Origin: an uncultured delta proteobacterium
Lineage (GTDB): Bacteria > Desulfobacterota > Desulfomonilia > Desulfomonilales > Desulfomonilaceae
Length of the DNA stretch: 64,000 bases
Direction of reading: 5' to 3'
Assembly (NCBI GenBank): GCA_963789265.1
Contig: CAWBKB010000001.1
Location: 512,001-576,000 of the forward strand
Positions within the stretch are counted from its first letter, which is position 1. The number at the start of each line of letters is the position of its first letter. This document shows positions 11,001 to 18,598 of the stretch, one piece after another. The notes under the pieces are model-generated. The model saw only the letters and a program-made list of their open reading frames with translations, was not told the origin of the DNA and searched no databases. Position numbers and translations under genes: made by a program.

Positions 11001-11117
11001 TCTCCGGACGGGGAGACGAATCTCGCATTAGAGAGTAGAGCAAAGGGTTTTGTCCGAAAACCCTATAGCGTAAGGCACCTCCTTGAAGCGGTAAGAGACG
11101 TTTTGAAGAAGAAGTGA
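8070..11117 (+). CDS. Hybrid sensor histidine kinase (GAF, 3 PAS, HisKA, HATPase, REC)
   Basis: GGIAHDFNNLL H-box, NLAVNARDAM, GTGLGL, C-terminal receiver ILDLIMPEMDG. Confidence 0.93.
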   Translation: MKHDETGPWPANDAPNHSDLPNGELESLKSRLHWAQESQEMAVKILTLLNGQLVGPDVIRRVLGMMKEFTGFEAVGIRLRDGEDFPYFATQGFPDHFVECESYLCERTAAGEIVRDSSGNPILECMCGNIIRGRTDPSLPFFTQGGSFWTNSTTDLLATTSEEERQGRTRNRCNGEGYESVALIPLRSEREIIGLLQLNDSRKNCFTPDTISFFEAIGASIGIVLKRMSVEQERDRLFNLSIDMLCVAGFDGRFKQVNPAVTEILGWTSQEFLSKPWTELVHPDDHEKTRAAGRRLLSGVPLYSYENRYLHKDGTYRWISWNCFPIPDERTTFAVARDVTEPKRSEDALRRAKNELKSRVKKRTVQLMATIDRLQKEVTAREQAQDALRQSGERYRALVENVHVGISLIDSDHNIVVSNSVIGKWFKKPVSEFSGKKCFREFERRDAVCPHCPGVRAMATGLAAEVETEGVLVDGTRIVARVRAFPMFSPDNVPIGFTEIVEDVRERKRLEEALLESEQRYRNLVEESRDGIYWAAWDGALIEANQGFLEVFGLTTDESKIWSLIQAYRDPVDRIRFKQTIERNGSVADYELKLKKKDGTAIDCMLSATLRLDEEGKSIGYQGIIRDMTERKRLEQQLLRAQKMEAIGTLAGGIAHDFNNLLTVILGYCELIISEKNEGDRDYEDLNKVMQAGRTAADMVQQILAFSRKAETKVWPININKQIPQLRKMLSRLIPRTIKVRINLAPELPTVNADSAQIDQVLMNLAVNARDAMPDGGRLTIETRAVVLDEEYCSSHIEASQGLHVLLNVSDTGLGIDKGLLDRIFEPFYTTKEPGEGTGLGLAMVYGIVKAHGGHVTVYSEPGTGTVFNIYLPAHQFEVEQDIATSGEFAALGSGTILLADDEDSVRSLGQRILEKSGYHVLSAKNGREAVAIYQQEKDEISLVILDLIMPEMDGKQCLEEILKIDPDAKVLLASGYSPDGETNLALESRAKGFVRKPYSVRHLLEAVRDVLKKK

Positions 11118-11407
11118 AGGCTCCACCGCCTGAAGGCGGTGGCGTCGGCGGTACTTTCTTGCACCGGATGAATCAGGTGGTCGCGGCCGCCAAAGGACCG
11201 GAGTCGATATCGGCGTAGGATGCTGGTGAGCCCGCGCTCTGCGCGGGAGAACCGCATCAATCTGGAAAAAACACGAACGATGCGGTTCGCAGCGCTCACC
11301 AGCATCCTACCGGCATCTTTGCATCTGGTGCCGCGCATATACACTGGGTACGCACTGAAGTCTTCGCCTAAAGGCGAGGGTTTTTCTCGCATTCCCCGAG
11401 GGGGACA
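11114..11407 (-). mobile_element. Non-autonomous IS200/IS605-like element containing a nested GTAG REP doublet
   Basis: Minus strand starts after TTAT with a CCCTCGCCTTTAGGCGAAG hairpin and ends GCCACCGCCTTCAGGCGGTGGAGCCTTCAC; internal GTAGGATGCTGGTGAGC/GCTCACCAGCATCCTAC inverted repeat. Confidence 0.55.
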
Positions 11408-11660
11408 ATAATACAGCGAAGCGTATCCTTTCAGTTATCCGGGGTCATTGATCTGTTCCGACCGGTGTCATTGCGAGTCCTGCGTTCCGCGGGACGAAGC
11501 AATCTCTTCCTTTAACCCCCCTCAAATTGCCAGTGGGACGGGCATCCTGCCCGTCATCCATAATAGACAGGCAGGATGCCCGTCCCACTATTTGCTCCTC
11601 CCAATCCCAATCCCGTTCGCAAGTGAATGGTTAGTGCAAAGCCTCGATTTTGGACCACTT

Positions 11661-12152
11661 TCACCTGGTCTGTCTCTTTTTTTTCTTTGTCTCGATTTCT
11701 TCGCGGATCGAGGCCGGGTCACCGAAATAAATGCAGTGAGCCAGGCATACATTGTCCGCGCAGGCAGGAATAAGTCCCTGATCGACACGATGATGGCAGA
11801 GGTTGCACTTCAGCGCCTTTTGGCTGTTGTCGTCGAAGCCTATGGCATTGTACGGGCAGGCGTCAACGCAGCTTTGGCATCCCGTGCATGCGGCCTCGTC
11901 GAGTACCACGATTCCGTCTTCCCTCTTCGTGATCGCTCCCTCAGGGCAGGCATCGGCGCAGGGCGGATCGTCGCAGTGGCGGCAAACATTGACCCGATAC
12001 ATGTAATCAGTCATGCCGTCACCCAACGAAGGGCCTTCTTCAGTAGCCAGCAGGAACTTGGCCTTGAATTCAAATTCCTGGCTGCAGGCGGCCTCGCACG
12101 TCCGACAGCCCCAACATGCCTCGTCATCTATAATCAGCCCGTATTTGCTCAC
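11661..12152 (-). CDS. 4Fe-4S dicluster subunit (DmsB-like)
   Basis: CWGCRTCEAAC, CRHCDDPPCADACP, CTGCQSCVDACPY, KCNLC; overlaps the stop of the Mo enzyme gene. Confidence 0.9.
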   Translation of the reverse strand: MSKYGLIIDDEACWGCRTCEAACSQEFEFKAKFLLATEEGPSLGDGMTDYMYRVNVCRHCDDPPCADACPEGAITKREDGIVVLDEAACTGCQSCVDACPYNAIGFDDNSQKALKCNLCHHRVDQGLIPACADNVCLAHCIYFGDPASIREEIETKKKKRQTR

Positions 12153-14314
12153 TTGTCTGACCTCCCTTCAGGCGACTCCGGATAAATCTTGCAGAGAAAT
12201 GTTCTGATGGCGGTTCCGCCCATCGCAGGATCGCAGTTCTCGTAACTGTTGTCTGTTAGCATGTTTATGTTGGACTCCTGCCATGAACGTTGAAGATCTT
12301 TGTACTCCGGAAACCACCAACCGTGCTGCGCGAAGATGACTCGGGGGTCCATCCCGGCGAACAACTTGGCACGCTGTCGGATCTTGCCCTTTGGGGATTC
12401 AATAGTGACCCAGTCTCCGTCCTTTATGCCTTCTTTCTGCGCAGTTTCCGGGTGAATCTCAACAGTCGGGTCCTTGTGAAGCTCTCGAAGTACCGGAATT
12501 TGACGACCTTCGGAACAGAAAAATCCTGGTATTCGCCGCCCGGACACCATTATGTAGGGATATTCCTCGTAAAGTTCGGGAGCGCTGTACGGGCTGCCGG
12601 GCGCTTCATGATACTGGGGCACCGGATCGTATCCCATTTTATCCAAAACAGTGGAGTAAAGCTCCAGCTTCCTCGTCGGCGTGGAAAAACCCTCAGTTCG
12701 GTACTTTCGGTGTTTCACTTCTCCACGGATGTAATCCATTTCCTTGAACTGCTTCCACGTTATGCCCATAGGTTCGAGTATGTAATCAAGACCTTGTTCG
12801 AAATCGGGCCACCAGTATTCTCCAATTCCGACCCGGTTTGCCAGATCGTTGAGCATGTCATGATCGGATCGGCACTCTCCTACCTGGATGGCCTTACGCC
12901 TCGGCACAATGTATCCGTGACGTTTCCAGAAGTCCGCGATGTAATCCATTTCGAGCCACGTGGCTGCCGGGAGGACGATGTCCGCCAGAGCCGCGGTCGG
13001 GGTTATGAAGAAGTCGGAGACCGCCATGAAATCAACTGCTTTAAGTGCCTTATACACTTCCGCTGAATCAGCCCTGGTCAAGATTGGATTAGTGCTCAGG
13101 AGGAACAGCATCTTTACCGGATAAGGCTTTTCCTGAAGGATCGAGTCCCAAATCTTTTTGGGATTGAGTATTGCAAAGCGAGACCCTAACCTGAATTGGT
13201 CACCTCCGAGACGCTTTGTGAAATCTTCCCTGGCAAGCATCCCATGAGCACCGAATGATCCCACATTCCTTACATTGGGAGTCTGGAACAACATCTGCCC
13301 GCCAGGGACGTCCAGGTTGCCCGTGATAGCCATCAATGCAATCAGGCTGCGATCGTTATTCGTGAGATTGGCTTGAATCTCTACGCCGACCCCCCACTGG
13401 ATAGCCGCGGGCTTGGTCGTGGCAAACAAACGGGCCGCTTCTGCAATCTTTTCCTTGGGGACCCATGTGATCTGCTCTACCCGGTCCAGGGGCCATTCCT
13501 TGGTTCGCTGCACAAATTGCTCCCACCCGTGCGCGTAATTCTCGACAAATTCTTTGTCATAGAGCCCTTCCTCTATGATTACGTTGCACATTCCCAACGC
13601 CAAAGCGGCATCGGTGGTGGGCCTCAAACGAAGCCAAATGTTGGCTCGGGCAGCAATTCTGGTAAGCCTCGGGTCTATGGCGATCAGCTTGGCGCCTTCA
13701 TCCAGAGCCACTGAGAAGGGCTCGCCCTTGTATGAGTCGGGATTGCTGAAGACCAGATTGTTCCCCCACACCATGATGCATCTGGGCTTGTTTTCATAGT
13801 CCACGATCGGGTTGGAGCCGCACGTACTGATGGTTGTGGCAAGTCTTGGGCCGTAGCAGAAGTGGCCCGCTGTCAGCACATTTGGGCTGCCAAGCGTGTT
13901 GGCGAACCGATAGATAACGGCCTCATTGTCTCTGCCCGTGCCATAACCCATTACAATGGATTCAGCACCGTGACTTTCTTTGTAACGAAGTATTCTCTCA
14001 GCGATTGTGTTCAGAGCCTCATCCCATGAGATGCGCTCCCAGTTGCCGCCTCCCTTTGGCCCTATTCGCTTCACGGGGTAGGTCAGACGATCCGGATGAT
14101 GCGCCAATTGAATCGAGCCGATCCCCTTTGCGCACAACGTGCCGTGGTTTATGGGGCAATCCGGGTCACCGGCTATTTTCTTGGCCTTGCCGTCTTTGAC
14201 GTAAACCAGCACCCCACAGCCACCGTGACACATTCTGCAAGCACTTTTGACGACCGAGTCGTAGCCGTAGACCTCCATCTCACGAGCAACGTTCGAATAC
14301 TTAAATTCTGCCAC
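12149..14314 (-). CDS. Cytoplasmic molybdopterin (Mo/W-bisPGD) oxidoreductase, acetylene hydratase-like subfamily
   Basis: CRMCHGGC..CAKG Fe-S motif, WERISWDEA, GSPN..FC, ADIVLPAATWLE, C-terminal cofactor-binding domain; no Tat signal. Confidence 0.88.
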   Translation of the reverse strand: MAEFKYSNVAREMEVYGYDSVVKSACRMCHGGCGVLVYVKDGKAKKIAGDPDCPINHGTLCAKGIGSIQLAHHPDRLTYPVKRIGPKGGGNWERISWDEALNTIAERILRYKESHGAESIVMGYGTGRDNEAVIYRFANTLGSPNVLTAGHFCYGPRLATTISTCGSNPIVDYENKPRCIMVWGNNLVFSNPDSYKGEPFSVALDEGAKLIAIDPRLTRIAARANIWLRLRPTTDAALALGMCNVIIEEGLYDKEFVENYAHGWEQFVQRTKEWPLDRVEQITWVPKEKIAEAARLFATTKPAAIQWGVGVEIQANLTNNDRSLIALMAITGNLDVPGGQMLFQTPNVRNVGSFGAHGMLAREDFTKRLGGDQFRLGSRFAILNPKKIWDSILQEKPYPVKMLFLLSTNPILTRADSAEVYKALKAVDFMAVSDFFITPTAALADIVLPAATWLEMDYIADFWKRHGYIVPRRKAIQVGECRSDHDMLNDLANRVGIGEYWWPDFEQGLDYILEPMGITWKQFKEMDYIRGEVKHRKYRTEGFSTPTRKLELYSTVLDKMGYDPVPQYHEAPGSPYSAPELYEEYPYIMVSGRRIPGFFCSEGRQIPVLRELHKDPTVEIHPETAQKEGIKDGDWVTIESPKGKIRQRAKLFAGMDPRVIFAQHGWWFPEYKDLQRSWQESNINMLTDNSYENCDPAMGGTAIRTFLCKIYPESPEGRSDK

Positions 14315-14316
14315 GT

Positions 14317-15183
14317 TTAATCCTCCTGTTGTGCAGCCGGCTCCTGCGACGTCCGGAACATTGACGTATTTGCGTGTCCCGCGCCTACGTGCGGGGCGCC
14401 TCCAATCAATTCGGAAAATCTCTTTGCCGCGGCCGCGATATCGGCGCCGAATTCCTTCGCGAAATCCTGCGGAAAAGTTCCTACAATCGCCATCGATCCC
14501 ATGAGCCGTCCCCCGGGACCGAACACCGGCGAAGCCACCGCATTAATGCCGATTTTCATTTCGCCCAGATCCAAAGCAAACCCGGTTCTTCGGCATTGGT
14601 CCAATTCCTGCTCAAGGCGATGCAGATCAAACCTGGAGGGACCGCCGTGGAAATAGGGCTTCGAACTGCCAAGGACCTTTTTTCGTTCGGTATCGGGCAG
14701 GAAGGCTACTATCGCCTTTCCATGAGCGCCCCAAGCAATGGGGAATCTGTGCCCGAGTCTGATGGTCAATCCGATTTCCTGCGTACCTTCGTCTCTGGCG
14801 ACAACGAACACGTGATTTTCTGAGACCACCCCCAAGAAAGCAGTGCTGTTCGTTTTGCATGAAAGCTCTTGAAGAAAAGGGGCCGCAACCTCTCGTATGT
14901 CGAGACCGGTCAAGACTCTGTTGGCCAAGAAAAGCAGACCGAGTCCCAGAGAATAAGTCTTGTCATTGGGGGATTTTTGGACAAATGCGAACTGTTGCAA
15001 GGTGTTCAGGATAGAATATCCCTTGCTCTTGTGAATGCCCACTTCGTTGCAAATCTCGGTCAAACTCATCTTTGCAACGGGGGCTTGAGCGAGCGCGAGC
15101 AAAATGCGTGAAGCCTGCTCCACCGCAGGGACAACCGAGGAATATTGGGGTTTGGCTGGAGCAGACTCTCTCTTCGATGCCAT
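14317..15183 (-). CDS. IclR family transcriptional regulator
   Basis: VPAVEQASRIL..HTH, GAHGKAIVAF, GINAVASPVF. Confidence 0.92.
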   Translation of the reverse strand: MASKRESAPAKPQYSSVVPAVEQASRILLALAQAPVAKMSLTEICNEVGIHKSKGYSILNTLQQFAFVQKSPNDKTYSLGLGLLFLANRVLTGLDIREVAAPFLQELSCKTNSTAFLGVVSENHVFVVARDEGTQEIGLTIRLGHRFPIAWGAHGKAIVAFLPDTERKKVLGSSKPYFHGGPSRFDLHRLEQELDQCRRTGFALDLGEMKIGINAVASPVFGPGGRLMGSMAIVGTFPQDFAKEFGADIAAAAKRFSELIGGAPHVGAGHANTSMFRTSQEPAAQQED

Positions 15184-15198
15184 TCGGAATCCGTTAAG

Positions 15199-15259
15199 GT
15201 TCGTTGTACAGAATACGATTCTTTATAGAGAACCTAGCAGACGCACTTGCGCTTGTCAA
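15199..15259 (-). promoter_or_regulatory. Sigma70-type promoter with a tandem palindromic operator (candidate IclR autoregulatory site)
   Basis: Minus strand TTGACA(15259-15254)-N17-TAGGTT(15236-15231); GTTCGTTGTACAGAAT-acg-ATTCTTTATAGAGAAC inverted repeat at 15199-15233. Confidence 0.6.
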
Positions 15260-15428
15260 CACAATCCCTGACCCATAATCCCCCAACAAATGAGATGGTG
15301 AATTATGGTTTTATGATCATATCGCAGACCGTACCGTCATGGGTTACCTCTGGCAGTTCTTGAACCGATGTGTGGAATGGAGCGGGAACTATTAGCAGTT
15401 CCCGAAAGTACTCGCGGATTGACATAAT

Positions 15429-15528
15429 GGGTGCCACTGCTGGCTTGACCAGCAGTGCTTCTTATGGCGATTTTCACAAGTTTGCTCTGAAGGGAGTCGC
15501 ACTGCTGGTCGAGCCAGCAGTGGCACCC
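15429..15528. repeat. REP-like doublet, 30 bp inverted repeats
   Basis: 15429-15458 and 15499-15528 match at 29/30 as reverse complements; each arm is itself palindromic. Confidence 0.8.
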
Positions 15529-15539
15529 GCGGTGGTATT

Positions 15540-15878
15540 ATGGACGACATCCTCATCCTTGCCCCGGCACAATGGAAACTCAAGAAGACCATACGGGTGT
15601 TGAACCAGACATTCAATGAGCTGAAGTTGGAAAAACACCCCGACAAAACCGCTATGGGGCGAATCGAGAAGGGATTCGATTTCCTCGGGTATCACTTCAG
15701 TCCGCAAGGACTGTCTCTCGCACAGAAGACCATCGACAACTTCGTCGAAAAAGCTCTCCGGCTTTATGAGCAAGAGCCGCCCCATCGAAGGATGAAGCGG
15801 CTCGGAGAGTACAGCCATAGGTGGGTTGGCTTGCAGCGTTGGTTTAGGCGTTCTCACCTTATGATGTTATGGGAATGA
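15540..15878 (+). pseudogene. C-terminal fragment of a reverse transcriptase
   Basis: MDDILIL (xMDD active-site remnant), LEKHPDKT, GFDFLGYHF; N-terminal RT domains absent. Confidence 0.8.
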
Positions 15879-17229
15879 GACCGAGACACCTCCCCCCGGC
15901 CCGAATGTTAGTGGGGGTGGGACAAAACCGTTGACCAGGAAGATGCCGTTACTAATATGTGCTCTCGCCTCCAGAAACAAGCGGGCCGGTTATACAGCCG
16001 CTGCGGGCGCTGATGTCGGTGAGCACTTCCAGACGGAAGTTCGGCTCAGTGGCTCCTGATGATATTAGGACGGAATCAAGGAAGCCTCCGGAGAGGAGAT
16101 TGCACCAACAAAATGTTGCAGTCGATGTCGTTACGGGCGGGATCGGATCTGTTAGCGGAGGGTTAGGATATAAATGCTCAAACGCGATTGTCGGGGCGAT
16201 GAGAACGCTTCCCTTAAGGTTAGGGCATACTGCAGGATTCGTACGTGCGAGCACAACCGCTTCCGGCTGATGCCAATACCGCTTGACCTTCAACCCCAAC
16301 AACCTTCTCAAGTCTCGGGGGCTCCTGAACACCGGCTCAGGCATGGTGAATGGGCTCTCGAAACTCAGCAGATTCTCCAACTGGAAGCCTACGTTCACGA
16401 ATCCGCCCACCGTATTGTAATAGCCGTCGATCCGGTCGTGCCCGTATTCGTATCTCAAAGTAAAGACGCCGTCTCTCGTAGTGAGGTCCGCGCCGCCCCG
16501 CCAGCCGTACACCGCGGTCCCGATATCAAACTGGTACCCGATGAGCTTGAGCCGCAAATCCAGAGACCGATTGAACAATGCATGTGAATAGCCGGCCTCA
16601 ACGTCAAAGCTATTCCCCTTGTTCCTGAAGGCATTGATGAGGACATCTCTATTGAAGAGGTTCCCGTACCAGTTGAAGTTCAGGTCAATGGCATCGTCTC
16701 CGGCAACGTTCGCTGCCATTTCCAGCCCGACTCCTCCGGATGAATACCACGTGTTGAACAGACGGGAAGAATCGTAGAAGCCGTTCACTCCCAGAAAGGT
16801 GTTCGTGCCCAGCATCGTGCGGTAACCGCCGCCGAAAGACAAATCGACCCTATTGTTCGTTCCCCCGGAAGATCTCTTCCAGAAATTCCAGCCTTCCGCA
16901 TGAGCCTCTCCGAACAGCACGGAATCACGGCTCACGCTAAAAGGGAGAACATAATCCGCAGTGAATCGCCCGGTACTCACCCTGTTGCCGAAATAGTCCA
17001 GGAAACCGAGTTCCAGGTTAGGGATTTTGGGGAGAAAAGGCGCAAGCATGCCACTGGACAGGGGTATGGCATCGCTCTCCCGAGAACATCCGCAATCGTT
17101 CGATGGATTGCTCTGACCGGGAAGTTCCGGGAGACCTTGTGCGTCCACAAAGGTGGAGAGAGTGCAGGCGAAAAGAAATAGGAAAGGCAGGACGAGCAGA
17201 ATCCACGCGGAAGGACGCGATTCCTCCAT
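15867..17229 (-). CDS. Inverse autotransporter (intimin/invasin-like) beta-barrel protein; ORF stops at 15952, possibly extending to 15867 via a frameshift
   Basis: Signal peptide; SFGGGYR, FLGVNGFYD, GVGLE, NFNWY strands; alternative frame gives ..TFGPGGGVSVSFP*. Confidence 0.7.
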
Positions 17230-17711
17230 GACATACCTCCTTTACCTCAAAGCCCTTGAAGCACAAGACTCGGCAGCACATCCCCAAACGTCAATCAGGG
17301 GGAGTCTCAAGAGCCAATAATGCAGAAATCACAAGAAATTCAGTGGAATACTACCTGAAAGCTGCGGCAGGAGTCAAGAGAATTCAGGGGTTCGGCCGGA
17401 AGTATGCACTTACGAGGGGGCGAGAGCTTGCGAAGCATGTCATTGCGAGGGCGACAGCCCGTGGCAACTTCACAAACACCGCCACTGGAGAGTGCTTTCC
17501 CGCGGGACGCGGGATTGCACTCCTCGCAATGACAGTTTCTCGCGAATGTCCGTTCCCCCGCGTGAGTGAATGCTTACACTTCGGACTGAAGACTGCTCAC
17601 AATTCGTGAGGAGGCATGTCACACGGAGAGTTCAGAACCGTATAAAATGGTTATCCCCGATAGCTGTGACATCCCGAATCTTGTGTCCCGCCGAACGTTT
17701 ACCGACAACGA

Positions 17712-18080
17712 TCATAGAGCCGATCTCACAGCCACTTGGAATATCTTTTTGTGATAGCTCACGGTGGCCCGTATTCTTAATTCTTTCGGATGGGCGTTTT
17801 GCCACCGCACTATCCTGGCATACTGGGCCCTGGCTCTTGACAGCAGCATCTCAAATCGGCCGGAGAAACGAGGCTTGGGCCGAATTTTTTCAGTAGGCCG
17901 TATCTGCTTTTTCCTCTGTTGCTCCAATTCTTGTGCAGCTTCCTTCAATGCCTGATCGAAGATAACCGCCTCCAGAGACTCCTCAGAGGCCAAGGCCGCG
18001 GCTTGAGAGACGCTTGCACCGTACAGGAATAGGCACAACACAATTAGCCACCTTGCAATTATGTGCTTCGAGGATCCCAT
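17712..18080 (-). CDS. Secreted hypothetical protein
   Basis: Signal peptide WLIVLCLFLYGASVSQA; acidic then basic helical body. Confidence 0.55.
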   Translation of the reverse strand: MGSSKHIIARWLIVLCLFLYGASVSQAAALASEESLEAVIFDQALKEAAQELEQQRKKQIRPTEKIRPKPRFSGRFEMLLSRARAQYARIVRWQNAHPKELRIRATVSYHKKIFQVAVRSAL

Positions 18081-18162
18081 AACCCCACTCCCACTCACTA
18101 ATTATGCTCTCTAAGATTCGTGAAAGTCAAAAAAGATTCAGAGTATTTTCGAGAGGTAATGA

Positions 18163-18562
18163 TTCACCGCGGAGATCGCAGAGACCGCGGAGAATTCAGT
18201 TCTGCTGCGAGTCTATCTGCCGGAACACTGCAAGTACTCGTTTGAGGCAATGAGGGAAATTAGGGCCTGACTTTACTCGTGCGCGCCTCACGTTGCCCAA
18301 ACTAATTCCCATTCGCGTTCAAGAAGGTGACACGGTATTTCCGGTAGGGGCGGGTTTCAAACCCGCCCTTACAGGTCGTCACGCCCGTGTACGCGGGAAT
18401 CTGTAGGGCCGCCCTACCCCCGTCCGGATCGGCGTCCGGGGTGACGAATGGGATCAAGATACTGACCCCGCTTGGCTCTATTTCGGAGTACCACTCGTTT
18501 GAAGGGGCATTGGTATATGCTACCCTTTTCTTCTCCGCGGTCTCCGCGTTCTCTGCGGTGAA
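18163..18562. repeat. Composite repeat bounded by 32 bp inverted repeats; related pairs at 26248-26427 and ~29996-30177
   Basis: TTCACCGCGGAGATCGCAGAGACCGCGGAGAA versus the reverse complement of 18531-18562 (29/32); nested GTAG REP. Confidence 0.75.
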
Positions 18563-18598
18563 CTATTGCCTTGGATAATTACGGGCAGGCTTTATTAT

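Noticed and set aside
15540..17229. Diversity-generating retroelement (RT next to a surface protein gene)
   Set aside because: The RT is a fragment, and no template/variable repeat pair or avd gene was seen
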